Shown here: positions 18,660-28,396 of the stretch, in pieces
Layout of the letters: each line of letters starts with the position of its first letter
Position numbering within the stretch: position 1 is the first letter of the stretch
Source: Anaerolineae bacterium
GTDB taxonomy: Bacteria > Chloroflexota > Anaerolineae > Aggregatilineales > J027
Direction: 5' to 3'
Length of the DNA stretch: 64,000 bases
NCBI GenBank assembly: GCA_019913005.1
Contig: JAIOHL010000258.1
Location: 123,896-187,895 of the forward strand
Notes under the pieces: generated by a model
Databases searched by the model: none
Told to the model about the DNA's origin: nothing
What the model saw: the letters and a program-made list of their open reading frames with translations, nothing else
Made by a program: the position numbers and the translations under genes

Positions 18660-19664
18660 TTATTCGAGTGTATAGGTAATCGTGCCGTCAATGATGCCTT
18701 GAATAACCGCATCGGCGACAAATTTATCAAAGGCGCTGAGGGCGTAGGCTTCGTTATATTCGATGACCAAGCCACCATTTTCCAGCGTCAGCTTGTAGGA
18801 CGTACCGCCGAGTGTGCCCGCCTGAACTTGGGCGATGATTTCTTTCAGCACGACTTCCCAGTGATAGACCTGATTGGCAACCACAATTTCAGGGGCGAGT
18901 TCGGTTTGATTGGACTGTTGACCAAACCACAGGACATTGCCCGTCTCTTTGGCAACACCGACTGCACCGACGACCATTTGGGCTGAACCAGTCATGACAT
19001 CCGCGCCATTGGCGATGTGAGCTTGGGCCGCTTCGGAGGCCAGTGCTACGTCGCTGAACGATTGGATGTAGTTGACGTTGACGGCGATTTCGGGGTTGAC
19101 CCACGCCACGCCAGCCTTGAAGCCATCTACATACAGCTTGGCGTCACCGACTTCGATGGGGCCAACCACACCGATGACATTGCTGTTGGTCAACAAGGCG
19201 GCCAACACGCCGTTGACGAAGCCACCTTGATCGGAACCGGCTTCATAGGCATACACGTTGTCATAACCAAAGGTATCCACATCCGTACCCCATGCAAAGG
19301 ATACATCGGGGAACTCAGGGGCCAGTTCTTCGAGGATGGCTCCATATTGAGAGCCGTGCGCGATGATGAGGCTATATTCACCGGAAGCAGCCCATTCACG
19401 CAGGGCGATGGCGGCATCATCTACGACAAAGGTATTTTCCTGAAAGACGAACTCAAAACCATCGCCCATTTCTTCATCAATGGCAGTGAGTGCGTCAATC
19501 ATACTTTGGCTAAAGGCGAGGTCGTTGCTGGCGCTGGGCATAACTACTGCAACTTTAAAGGTATCTTGGGCTTTGGCAGAACGGGTGTGGCCTTGCATCG
19601 GTACGACCAATGCTACCATGAGGAGAATTAACGGGAGCAGTAACCATTTCTTGCGAGAAAGCAT
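18660..19664 (-). CDS. BMP-family (PnrA/Med-like) ABC substrate-binding protein
   Basis: Track ORF of 334 aa. An N-terminal signal/anchor is present. The BMP-like core is FKVAVVMPSASNDLAFSQS...GVVGPIEVGDAKLYVDGFKAGV. Confidence 0.85.
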   Translation of the reverse strand: MLSRKKWLLLPLILLMVALVVPMQGHTRSAKAQDTFKVAVVMPSASNDLAFSQSMIDALTAIDEEMGDGFEFVFQENTFVVDDAAIALREWAASGEYSLIIAHGSQYGAILEELAPEFPDVSFAWGTDVDTFGYDNVYAYEAGSDQGGFVNGVLAALLTNSNVIGVVGPIEVGDAKLYVDGFKAGVAWVNPEIAVNVNYIQSFSDVALASEAAQAHIANGADVMTGSAQMVVGAVGVAKETGNVLWFGQQSNQTELAPEIVVANQVYHWEVVLKEIIAQVQAGTLGGTSYKLTLENGGLVIEYNEAYALSAFDKFVADAVIQGIIDGTITYTLE

Positions 19665-19740
19665 ACTCTTCGACTCCTTTGAAATTTGAAATATTCAGAT
19701 ACGAACAGCCTGATAAGGCCGTAAAACACTAGTGTAGGTG

Positions 19741-19764
19741 CTTTCACCGACCACTTGGTGAAAG
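19741..19764 (-). other. Intercistronic hairpin between the permease and substrate-binding genes
   Basis: An 8-bp stem CTTTCACC (19741-19748) / GGTGAAAG (19757-19764) sits in the 114-nt gap. It is a possible mRNA-processing or stabilising element. Confidence 0.4.
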
Positions 19765-19778
19765 ATGGTATAAATTGC

Positions 19779-20714
19779 CTAAGATTCGCCTCGTTCAAAA
19801 GGCTTGGTCAATGCGGTGGGCTGCTCGACCCGCTTGGAGGCGAAAATTAGGGTAATAATGGTGACCACATAGGGTGCCATGACCGCAAACTCGGATGGCA
19901 CATTGATGCCAAGCGCGTTTTCAATGGTCTTGACCTGAAGTTGTAGGGCATTGACGGTGCTGAACAACAGCGCCCCACCCATCACCCAATAGGGACGCCA
20001 TGCCCCAAAGTAGACCAGCGCGACGGCGATAAAACCCTGACCTGAGGTGAGGTTGCTTTGGAAGATATTCAGCAAGGCAATAGATAGGGATGCCCCCGCC
20101 AAACCCGCGAATCCTCCGCCAAGTGTCACCGTCATATAGCGCACACGGGCCACACTGATGCCCATCGCGTCGGCAGCTTCGGGATTTTGACCAACGGCCC
20201 GAATCTGCAAACCAAAGGTGGTGCGATTCAACACGAAGGCCGAAATCGGCACAAGGGCGAAGGCAACATAAACCAGTAGATTGTGGTGGAAGAAAATTTC
20301 ACCCAGTACAGGCAAATCCGTCAGTATCGGTAAATTGACACGCGGGAAGCCGTCAATGGGGGTGGGAGTAACGACGGTCTTTTGAAAGAGCAGTTCACTG
20401 AGACCCAGACCAAATAGATAGAGGCCGATGCCGCTGATGCCCTGTTCGGCTTGCAGGGTGACACTGATAAAGGCCATCGCTAGACCCAACAGCATTCCCA
20501 CGATTAAGGCGGCAAGTACCCCTAGTAGCAGATTGCCCGTTTCAAAAACGGCATAATAGGCGGCGAATGCTCCCAAGAGCATGATGCCATCCACCCCAAG
20601 ATTGAGAACCCCACTGCGCTGTCCAAATGTTTCACCGAGGCTGGCAAAGATATAGGGAGTTGCCAAACGGATTGCCGAGGCTGCAACGCTCGCTTTCAGA
20701 ATATCGGTAATCAT
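19779..20714 (-). CDS. ABC transporter permease (BMP/nucleoside system, second permease)
   Basis: Track ORF of 311 aa. It is polytopic and its start overlaps the upstream permease stop by 4 nt. Confidence 0.85.
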   Translation of the reverse strand: MITDILKASVAASAIRLATPYIFASLGETFGQRSGVLNLGVDGIMLLGAFAAYYAVFETGNLLLGVLAALIVGMLLGLAMAFISVTLQAEQGISGIGLYLFGLGLSELLFQKTVVTPTPIDGFPRVNLPILTDLPVLGEIFFHHNLLVYVAFALVPISAFVLNRTTFGLQIRAVGQNPEAADAMGISVARVRYMTVTLGGGFAGLAGASLSIALLNIFQSNLTSGQGFIAVALVYFGAWRPYWVMGGALLFSTVNALQLQVKTIENALGINVPSEFAVMAPYVVTIITLIFASKRVEQPTALTKPFERGES

Positions 20715-21922
20715 TTGGCGGCCTCCTCTTGTAAGGCGGGAAGGGATTTTGGAGCAGCGGGGGTCGGCTGCGGTGGGACACTGGCGCGGCGCTTGGTCAG
20801 GCGTTTAATGAAAATTTGGCTGCTGACCACAAAAATGACTACCAGCCCGTTGAGGGTTGTAATCAATGAGGCTGGCACTTGAACTTCGCGCTGGATGCTT
20901 TGTGCGCCGATTAACAATGCGCCAAAGAAGACTGAGGCGGGAATCGTGCCAACAGGGTGCAGGCCACCAAATAGAGCCGCGACAATGCCATTAAAGCCCG
21001 CATTACCCGTAAAACCCGCCGCCGAGCCATCGGTTTGCAAGCGATATTGGAGGCCGAGTACCTGCACTGCTCCGGCGAGTCCAGCACATCCACCCGAAAT
21101 TAGGATGGAATAGAGTACCTGTCGCTTGACATTAATCCCCGCATAACGAGAGGCACGGTCACTTTGACCGACAGCACGAATACGATAGCCGAGGGTGGTA
21201 CGCCATAGCAAAATATAGACGACCACCGCCAATGCCAAGCCGACGATTAAACCAGCGTGGAGGCGGGTTGGGGTGTCGCTAAACCAATCAATGCGTGGCA
21301 GTTTAGCATGTTCTTCAATGCGAGCCGTTTTAGGGATGCGATTAACACGATCTTTTTGCTCAGGATCGAGCAGGACACCATTCAATAGGTAATTCATCAG
21401 TTGTAGGGCGATTTGATTCAGCATGATGGTGCTGAGAATTTCGTTCACACCAAAATAGGCTTTGAGCACCCCGGCAATGCCACCCCACAGCGCTCCTGCC
21501 ACAAAGCCCGCCAGCAATGAGAGGGTTACAACGGTGATCTGCGGGAAATCGTTGATGGGTACATTTTCGATAAAACGCGGGACGGTATCGAGGGAAAGGG
21601 CAATCCAGACACCCGCCAACGCCCCAATAATCATTTGGCCTTCACCGCCGACGTTGATAACGCCACCACGAAAGGCTACACAAATGCCGATGCCAACAAA
21701 TAACAACGGAGTCGCTTTGACCAGTGTTTCGGCGCGGGAGTTCGTGGTGCCGAAAGCGCCTTCATAGAGAGCTTGGTAGGCTTTGACGGGGTCAGCGTCC
21801 ATCAGCATAATCATGACTGAGCCGACCACCAAAGCTGCCCCAACTGCTAATAACAACAGGGTGATGTTGAGGGAAATATTGACTAATTTTGAAGTATTTA
21901 AAAAGTGGCGAATAATAGCCAT
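20711..21922 (-). CDS. ABC transporter permease (BMP/nucleoside system, first permease)
   Basis: Track ORF of 403 aa. It is polytopic and is the first gene of the minus-strand transporter/XDH string. Confidence 0.85.
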   Translation of the reverse strand: MAIIRHFLNTSKLVNISLNITLLLLAVGAALVVGSVMIMLMDADPVKAYQALYEGAFGTTNSRAETLVKATPLLFVGIGICVAFRGGVINVGGEGQMIIGALAGVWIALSLDTVPRFIENVPINDFPQITVVTLSLLAGFVAGALWGGIAGVLKAYFGVNEILSTIMLNQIALQLMNYLLNGVLLDPEQKDRVNRIPKTARIEEHAKLPRIDWFSDTPTRLHAGLIVGLALAVVVYILLWRTTLGYRIRAVGQSDRASRYAGINVKRQVLYSILISGGCAGLAGAVQVLGLQYRLQTDGSAAGFTGNAGFNGIVAALFGGLHPVGTIPASVFFGALLIGAQSIQREVQVPASLITTLNGLVVIFVVSSQIFIKRLTKRRASVPPQPTPAAPKSLPALQEEAAK

Positions 21923-22182
21923 TGACTATTCCATGCTGCGATAATAAATGTCTCTTTAGTGTTGCAGTATGGCGCAAACTTATTTAAATTTCAAATGGCA
22001 TATGTATCAATTTTACACAGCCTTTCGACACCCCCGATCTTTCGGAAATGCTTGAAAGGCCGAAAAATAGAGGGTAGAAGGCGTGAGGGAGTAGGTGTGT
22101 CGTTGAAAAGTGCCAAGACAAGCGGGCGGGGTTCTGGTAAAATCCCACCCAGATAATTCTCTATTAGGCTTGAGGATGCAGT

Positions 22183-23535
22183 GTGACCACTCCACTCAAT
22201 CGTTTGAAGCAGTATAAATCGTGGGGGCGCTATCCCACCGTTGAACATAAGGCAATCCACCAGATTCACTGGCGCAGTGATTTGCCGGACGTTAATCAAT
22301 TTGAAGAAACCGTACTGCCCTATGGTTATGGGCGCAGTTATGGGGATAGCTGCCTTAATGAGGGCGGTATCTTGTTAGATACCAGCTATATGCAGCAGTT
22401 TATTGCCTTTGATGCCGAACAGGGCCTTGTGCGCTGTGAAGCGGGGGTATCATTAGAACAGATATTAGAAGTGATTGTGCCGTGTGGCTGGTTTTTACCC
22501 GTCACCCCCGGTACAAAATTTGTATCTATTGGTGGGGCGATTGCCAATGATGTGCATGGCAAAAATCACCATCGCGCCGGCACGTTTGGCTGTCATGTCA
22601 CCCAATTTGAATTGGTGCGTTCGGATGGCACCTATATTTGTTCGCCGACGGAAAATGCAGAATTGTTTCGGGCGACCATCGGTGGTTTGGGCCTGACAGG
22701 GATCATTACATGGGCTGAGTTTAAGCTCAAACGGATTCCTAGCCCGTTGATTGACCAAGAGAAAATCCGCTTTGCCAACCTCGATGAGTTTTTTGCGATT
22801 TCGGCGGAGATGGATCAAAGGTTTGAATACCTGATGTCGTGGTCGGACTGTCTTTCGGGTGGGGACAGTATGGGACGCGGCATCTTTATGGCGGGGAATT
22901 TTTATGATCCCCCTCTTGGGGCTGAACCATCCGCCAAAAAATTGAAACCATTTGTGCCATTTGATCTGCCCTCCATCGCTTTGAATACACTCTCGGTGAA
23001 GGCTTTTAACGCCGTGTTGTATCGTGTGCCGCTGGGTAAACGTGTGCGCAGCATTGTCCATTATGAGCCGTTTTATTACCCCTTAGACGCGATCAACAAT
23101 TGGTATCGGCTGTATGGTAAACGGGGCTTTTTGCAGTATCAATTGGTTGTGCCACTTGAGGGCGATAATGAACCCATCCGCGAGGTGTATCGGCGCATTG
23201 CCCAATCAGGCGAGGGGTCGTTTTTGGTTGTGTTAAAGGCCTTTGGTGATATTGCCTCACCGGGGATGTTGTCGTTCCCGATGCCGGGGGTGACATTGGC
23301 ACTGGATTTTGCATTTAATGGCGAAAAGACCCTAAAATTGTTGGATGAATTGGACACGATTGTACGCGAGGCCAGAGGTCGGGTGTATCCAGCGAAGGAT
23401 GCCCGGATGTCGCCTGAAAATTTTCGTGCCTATTACCCGCAGTGGGAAGCATTTGCACACTATATTGACCCGAAATTCTCCTCCAGCTTCTGGCGACGGG
23501 TCACAGCATCAGCGAAATCAGCGAATGGACAATAA
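22183..23535 (+). CDS. FAD-linked oxidase resembling decaprenylphosphoryl-beta-D-ribose 2'-oxidase (DprE1-like)
   Basis: Track ORF of 450 aa with a GTG start. The N-terminal PCMH-type FAD domain carries PYGYGRSYGDSCLN and GGAIANDVHGKNHH. Size and C-terminal domain resemble DprE1 and related alditol-oxidase-type enzymes. An SDR gene follows 2 nt later. Confidence 0.8.
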   Translation: MTTPLNRLKQYKSWGRYPTVEHKAIHQIHWRSDLPDVNQFEETVLPYGYGRSYGDSCLNEGGILLDTSYMQQFIAFDAEQGLVRCEAGVSLEQILEVIVPCGWFLPVTPGTKFVSIGGAIANDVHGKNHHRAGTFGCHVTQFELVRSDGTYICSPTENAELFRATIGGLGLTGIITWAEFKLKRIPSPLIDQEKIRFANLDEFFAISAEMDQRFEYLMSWSDCLSGGDSMGRGIFMAGNFYDPPLGAEPSAKKLKPFVPFDLPSIALNTLSVKAFNAVLYRVPLGKRVRSIVHYEPFYYPLDAINNWYRLYGKRGFLQYQLVVPLEGDNEPIREVYRRIAQSGEGSFLVVLKAFGDIASPGMLSFPMPGVTLALDFAFNGEKTLKLLDELDTIVREARGRVYPAKDARMSPENFRAYYPQWEAFAHYIDPKFSSSFWRRVTASAKSANGQ

Positions 23536-23537
23536 CC

Positions 23538-24275
23538 ATGTTGAAAATTATGATTATCGGCGCGACCTCTGTAATCGCGCAGGAAACCGCCCGTTTTTTT
23601 GCCACCGAGGGGGCTGAATTTTTCCTTGTCGGCATCCCGGCTGACAAACTTGTGGTAATCAAAGATGATTTGGTGGCACGAGGGGCTAAACGGGCCGAAG
23701 TCTATGAAGCCGACTTGACCGATTTTGATAAACACCCCCAAATCATCGAATCGGCTGTTCAGGCAATGGGTAGCATTGACGCGGTGCTGATTGCTCATGG
23801 CACGCTGGGGAATCAGAAGGCTGCCGAAGCCAGTGTTGAGGTTGCGTTGAAAGAAATCAACCTAAATCTCCTCAGCAATATATCGCTGCTCACCCTCCTA
23901 GGCAATTATTTTGAGAAACAGCGGCGTGGTTGTATTGCGGTCATTTCATCCGTCGCGGGGGATCGTGGACGCGGCAGTAATTATGTCTATGGCACTGCGA
24001 AGGCGGGTACTACAACGTTTATGCAAGGGTTACGCAGTCGGTTAGCGAAATCCGGTGTAGCGGTGGTGACGATCAAACCCGGTTTGGTGGATACCCCGAT
24101 GACTGCCGATATTAAAAAGAACTTCCTGTTCTCCGACCCCGCCACTGTTGGGAAAGCCATTTACCTCGGCATGAAAAAGGGTAAGGATACGGTGTATGCC
24201 CCATGGTTCTGGCGCTACATCATGGCGATCATTATCCACATCCCCGAATTCATTTTTAAGAAGATGAGCCTCTAG
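23538..24275 (+). CDS. Short-chain dehydrogenase/reductase resembling DprE2
   Basis: Track ORF of 245 aa. Rossmann motif IIGATSVIAQE, catalytic YGTAK (YxxxK), and the SSVAGDRG region. It is immediately downstream of the DprE1-like gene. Confidence 0.8.
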   Translation: MLKIMIIGATSVIAQETARFFATEGAEFFLVGIPADKLVVIKDDLVARGAKRAEVYEADLTDFDKHPQIIESAVQAMGSIDAVLIAHGTLGNQKAAEASVEVALKEINLNLLSNISLLTLLGNYFEKQRRGCIAVISSVAGDRGRGSNYVYGTAKAGTTTFMQGLRSRLAKSGVAVVTIKPGLVDTPMTADIKKNFLFSDPATVGKAIYLGMKKGKDTVYAPWFWRYIMAIIIHIPEFIFKKMSL

Positions 24276-24396
24276 CTGTTTTGTCTGATAGTTGGTAGCC
24301 GAGGAATAGAATTCCCCGGCTACAAAAACAATGTCCTCGAGATGAGGACAGAGTTGAAGGGGATTCGGTTTTTACCGAAATTGTCCACCCCAAGTC

Positions 24397-25878
24397 TTAT
24401 AGGCCAATATCCGCGCAGGTAATTGGGTCAGTTCCGCGACTCCCCATGACCAATGTCCAATAGTGATCTAAGTCGCTGCTGGGGTTCGAGACATGCCCCA
24501 AGCCCATTTCACGCATATTGGGGTCGAGGATATACTCAGTACCCCATGAACCAAAAGCCGCTGCCACACTGGTCGGGCCACCCGCGATATTTTGTCCAAC
24601 GAATATCCAAGGATAGCCTTGATCGGTGACACGATCCCCGACGGTGCTGCCAGTTGAGCCGATATGATCTACAAAATTGTTGACTGCCATATCCACACTG
24701 TGGTTTACAGCGGCGTTGTTTAGCAATGGGCTATAAATTACCGGATTCAGACCATTCGAGCAACGGGCTTGATTGATGAGCGGCAGCATATCAAAGCTGT
24801 TGTCTATGATGGTATAGCCCGGTGTACTCGTCGGTGTTGGTGTCGCAGTTTCAAGGATTGAAGTTGCGGTCTCCGTTGGTGTCGGCGTCAGGGTAGCGGT
24901 TGCAGACGGGGTCTCCGAAGGCGTATCTGTCGCGGTGGGTGTCGCCGTGTGGGTCTCCGTTGGACTGGAAGTGACGGTAGCAGATGCAGTTTCATCAATA
25001 GAGGGCGATGCCGTATCCGTAGCTGTACTGGTCGCTGTCGCGGTTGCTGTCGGGGTAGGCGTGGGCGTGTCCGAAGTGATGGGTGGGTTGATTGACGAGC
25101 CTTCGGTAGGGGTCGCCGTTGTTGTCAGAGTAGCGGTTGGGGTAGAGGTATTTGTATTACCCCCCGGATTTGGCGCATTGGTACTGGAGGCGGTGTTTGT
25201 GGGGGTGGAACTTGCGGCAATGAGTTCCGTCGCACTCCCTGTTGGCGTTGGCGTGTCGGACAGTGTGCCGGTGGGGGTTGCTGTGGTGGTTGGCGTTTCC
25301 GTCGCCAGAGTGCCCGTTGGGGTTTCGGTAGCGGTTGGGCCAAACGAAATAATGATTGGGGAGGGCGGGATAAATTGGTTGGGTGTTGGCAATAGCCAGT
25401 CAATCGGCGTTGGTGAGGCAAAACCCTCGGTGGATAACGTCGCAGTGGGTGGCACATTATTAGCCGGACGGCGGGTTGGTGTGGGGCTGGACACTAATGC
25501 CTGTACGGTGGGTTCGTCGGCGTCATTAATCCCGCCAAACAAATTGAGGCCGAGAAAGACCAATAACCCGATGGCTAGGGCGACAAAGGGTACCCCTGCA
25601 ACCAAGAATCCAGTGAGACGGCGCTGCTGACGCTGTTCAATGTTTAATAGGCCGCGCTGGGCTTGAGTATGATAAGGATCGAGTTGTAACGCCTGCAAAA
25701 AATAGCGGCGAGCTTCGGCAGGGCGTGAAAGATAACCCATCAAAACCAGTGCCTCGACATGATTGGGCACTTGTTTCAGTAAGATCAGCAGGGTGTGCCG
25801 CGCCTCGGCATGACGGCCTGCTTGCACAAGTGAGTACGCTGATTCAAATAATGGGTCGGGCAACGGTTGGTAGTTCAT
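24397..25878 (-). CDS. Membrane protein: N-terminal TPR, one TM helix, a long Thr/Pro/Ser/Ala-rich linker, and a C-terminal CAP/SCP (YkwD-like) domain
   Basis: Track ORF of 493 aa. The N-terminus is TPR-like (HAEARHTLLILLKQVPNHVEALVLMGYL). The TM helix is LVAGVPFVALAIGLLVFLGL. About 200 aa are low-complexity (TPTxT/ATxT). The C-terminal CAP-like region is INQARCSNGLNP...NHSVDMAVNNFVDHIGS...YWTLVMG. Confidence 0.8.
   Translation of the reverse strand: MNYQPLPDPLFESAYSLVQAGRHAEARHTLLILLKQVPNHVEALVLMGYLSRPAEARRYFLQALQLDPYHTQAQRGLLNIEQRQQRRLTGFLVAGVPFVALAIGLLVFLGLNLFGGINDADEPTVQALVSSPTPTRRPANNVPPTATLSTEGFASPTPIDWLLPTPNQFIPPSPIIISFGPTATETPTGTLATETPTTTATPTGTLSDTPTPTGSATELIAASSTPTNTASSTNAPNPGGNTNTSTPTATLTTTATPTEGSSINPPITSDTPTPTPTATATATSTATDTASPSIDETASATVTSSPTETHTATPTATDTPSETPSATATLTPTPTETATSILETATPTPTSTPGYTIIDNSFDMLPLINQARCSNGLNPVIYSPLLNNAAVNHSVDMAVNNFVDHIGSTGSTVGDRVTDQGYPWIFVGQNIAGGPTSVAAAFGSWGTEYILDPNMREMGLGHVSNPSSDLDHYWTLVMGSRGTDPITCADIGL
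24830..25330 (-). repeat. Low-complexity imperfect codon repeats encoding the Thr/Pro-rich linker
   Basis: Recurrent GGTGTCGG / GTTGGCGT / GGGGTAG-type units on the plus strand. They also create the spurious Gly/Val-rich antisense ORF 24935..25630. Confidence 0.6.
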
Positions 25879-25991
25879 GCTTTGGGTTACTTATGGTTAG
25901 AAATTCACCTTTGCCACAATGGTAGCATATTGTGGGGAGTCGGTACGGGGCGGGTTGCCTACCAACTGTGATTAACCACCAAAACGTGGGG

Positions 25992-26020
25992 TTTGCGTAG
26001 GTGAGGCTTGAGGCTATAAT
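25992..26020 (+). promoter_or_regulatory. Candidate promoter of gatC
   Basis: TTTGCG (25992-25997), a 17-nt spacer, then a perfect TATAAT (26015-26020), about 29 nt upstream of the gatC ATG. Confidence 0.45.
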
Positions 26021-26048
26021 GCCTCTTTATAACAGGAGAGAAAATTTT

Positions 26049-26336
26049 ATGTCCCTTAGCCGTGCCGAAGTTGAACATATCGCTGAACTTGCCAAGCTGA
26101 ATCTGACCGAAGCTGAACTTGACCAATATGCGGTGCAGCTTTCGGCGATTTTGGATTATATTGCAGAATTGAATGCCCTCAATACCGATGATATTCCACC
26201 CACTGCCTCAGTGTTGCCATTGAAAAATGTGTTGGCGGCGGATGACGTGCTGTTTGGCCTTGACCAAAAAGCCGCCCTTGCTAATGCACCGGATGCCGAA
26301 GCAGGGCAGTTTCGCGTGCAAGCGATTTTTGAATAA
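26049..26336 (+). CDS. gatC: Asp/Glu-tRNA(Asn/Gln) amidotransferase subunit C
   Basis: Track ORF 26001..26336, trimmed to ATG 26049 with an AGGAGAG RBS. The 95-aa product MSLSRAEVEHIAELAKLNLTEAELDQY...LDYI..L..L.T..I.PT is typical of GatC. Confidence 0.9.
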   Translation: MSLSRAEVEHIAELAKLNLTEAELDQYAVQLSAILDYIAELNALNTDDIPPTASVLPLKNVLAADDVLFGLDQKAALANAPDAEAGQFRVQAIFE

Positions 26337-26367
26337 AAAACGCGGGAATTTGTCCCGCGCCTTTTTC
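26335..26367. terminator. Bidirectional intrinsic terminator between convergent gatC and typA
   Basis: AAAAAA, then CGCGGGA (26341-26347), loop ATTTG, TCCCGCG (26353-26359), then CCTTTTT. There is a U-run on both strands. Confidence 0.75.
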
Positions 26368-26379
26368 AATATGCCGTCA

Positions 26380-28227
26380 TCAGCCCGCAATCATGGTTTC
26401 GCGCCGTTTGACTTCCTTTTGACGCAAATCATTGCTGAGGATACGCTTGCGGATGCGCAGGCTTTGTGGTGTCACTTCTAGCAGTTCATCTTCTGCCAAA
26501 AATTCGATGCAATCATCCAAGCTCAAATTACGTGGCGGCGTCAAGCCGAAGTCTTTTTCGGTGGGTTTGGCGCGATGATTGGTTAGGTGTTTGGTCTTGG
26601 CGACATTGACGGCTATATCTTCCGCTCGAATGTGTTCGCCGACGACCATGCCTTCATAGACATCTATCCCCGGCCCGATAAACAAAGAGCCGCGTTCTTG
26701 GGCGTTTTGCAACCCATAGGAGGTTGCCATACCATCTTCCCAAGCCACTAAACTCCCGAATTGACGATTTGGTATTGGCCCGGAAACAGGTTCATAGCCA
26801 TGAAAAATACTGTGCATTTGGCCCATGCCGCTGGTAGAGCGCATAAATTGTGACCGGAAACCCAGTAAGGCACGGGTCGGGACGAGGTATTTTAGGAAGG
26901 TTGTGCCATTTTCCGTGACCATATCAATCATCTGACCACGCCGCGCTCCCATCAATTCGACGACAGTTCCGGCAAGGCTTTCGACTACATCCACATGGAC
27001 TTCTTCGATTGGTTCCATCGTCTCGCCTGTGTCGGGGTCTTCATGAAAGATGACTTCCGGGCGGCTGACATCAAATTCATAACCCTCGCGGCGCATGGTT
27101 TCAATTAAGATGCCGAGATGTAATTCACCACGACCACTGACGACAAAACGATCCGGCGAATCCCCATCGGCGACACGCAAGGCCACATTCACACGGGTTT
27201 CGTCCAATAAACGCTGGCGCAGGCGGCGAGATGTGCCCCATCCAGATTTGCCTTCGCGTCCGGCAAAGGGGGAGGTGTTGACACCAAAGGTCATCCGCAC
27301 GGTGGGTTCTTCAACGCTGATGGGGGGTAGGCCCTCTTCCATCCCAACGTCGCCGATGGTATCGCTGATACCGACGGCATCAATGCCACTAAAGGCCAGA
27401 ATATCGCCAGCGGTGACTTCATCCACTTCTTGGCGGGCGAGGTTGTGATGAGTGAACAGATATTCAATCTTGCCGACGCTGCGTTCGCCTTGCGGGGTAA
27501 TGCGGGCTACATTCATGCCTTTGCGGATTGTACCAGACAGCAGCCGTGCAACCCCGATTTGCCCTTTGTAGTTGTCATAGTCCAGCGTTGTCACCAGCAT
27601 TTTAGCAGGTGCATCGTGGTCAACTGATGGGCCGGGAATTTCTTTGATAATGGTTTCAAATAGGGGGGTCAAATCACCCGTGAGCGTTTCGGCAGCGTAA
27701 CCCGCATTACCCGTCAAGCCAATAGCATAGACTACCGGGAATTCGGCTTGGGCATCGGTTGCGCCCAGTTCGATAAATAGGTCAAATGTCTCATTAAGCA
27801 CTTCGTCCAAACGGGAGGCGGCCCGGTCAACTTTGTTGATAACCACAATGACTCGTAAATTGAGGGCAAGGGCTTTACGAAGCACAAAACGGGTTTGTGG
27901 CATTGGGCCTTCAACTGCATCTACCAATAAAAGTGCGCCGTCTACCATATTTAAGACGCGCTCGACCTCGCCACCAAAATCGGCGTGGCCGGGGGTATCA
28001 ACAATATTGATTTTGATTCCGCCCCATGTCACGGCGGTGTTTTTGGCTAAGATGGTAATGCCGCGCTCACGCTCTAGCGCATTAGAATCCAAGATACGTT
28101 CACCAACATTGGCAGAATCGCGGAAGACTTTGGATTGCTTGAGCATTCCGTCTACTAATGTGGTTTTCCCATGATCAACATGGGCGATGATAGCAATGTT
28201 GCGAATATCCGATCGCGTTTCAATCAC
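26380..28227 (-). CDS. typA: Translational GTPase TypA/BipA
   Basis: Track ORF of 615 aa. G-motifs [14 protein letters not shown] and NKVD. The EF-G-like domain order and length are typical of BipA. Confidence 0.95.
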   Translation of the reverse strand: MIETRSDIRNIAIIAHVDHGKTTLVDGMLKQSKVFRDSANVGERILDSNALERERGITILAKNTAVTWGGIKINIVDTPGHADFGGEVERVLNMVDGALLLVDAVEGPMPQTRFVLRKALALNLRVIVVINKVDRAASRLDEVLNETFDLFIELGATDAQAEFPVVYAIGLTGNAGYAAETLTGDLTPLFETIIKEIPGPSVDHDAPAKMLVTTLDYDNYKGQIGVARLLSGTIRKGMNVARITPQGERSVGKIEYLFTHHNLARQEVDEVTAGDILAFSGIDAVGISDTIGDVGMEEGLPPISVEEPTVRMTFGVNTSPFAGREGKSGWGTSRRLRQRLLDETRVNVALRVADGDSPDRFVVSGRGELHLGILIETMRREGYEFDVSRPEVIFHEDPDTGETMEPIEEVHVDVVESLAGTVVELMGARRGQMIDMVTENGTTFLKYLVPTRALLGFRSQFMRSTSGMGQMHSIFHGYEPVSGPIPNRQFGSLVAWEDGMATSYGLQNAQERGSLFIGPGIDVYEGMVVGEHIRAEDIAVNVAKTKHLTNHRAKPTEKDFGLTPPRNLSLDDCIEFLAEDELLEVTPQSLRIRKRILSNDLRQKEVKRRETMIAG

Positions 28228-28396
28228 AGACAGTTTCCTAATCTCTCAGTACATAGTGGGCAATTTTCATTTTAGCAGAACCCGATGGCACAATATAGGG
28301 GCTTTGTGCCTATTCATCAGATGTTTTTGCAAAATTCCAATGGGCAAGGGATAATCACCCAATAAATATATTATTAGTTTATGTAAAGAGCGATGG

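Noticed and set aside
21923-22182. Possible purine riboswitch or other leader upstream of the nucleoside ABC/XDH string.
   Set aside because: Reading the minus strand, I could not find the conserved purine-riboswitch junction and loop sequences or any other riboswitch core. This is probably just a divergent promoter region.
24295-24323. Hairpin GTAGCCG...CGGCTAC between the convergent DprE2-like and CAP genes, considered as a terminator.
   Set aside because: The adjacent A/T runs are on the wrong side of the stem for either transcription direction. It may still act as an RNA-stabilising hairpin but is not reported as a terminator.
24935-25630. 231-aa Gly/Val-rich ORF on the plus strand.
   Set aside because: It is the mirror image of the Thr/Pro-rich linker codons of the CAP-domain gene. 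It is a low-complexity artefact.
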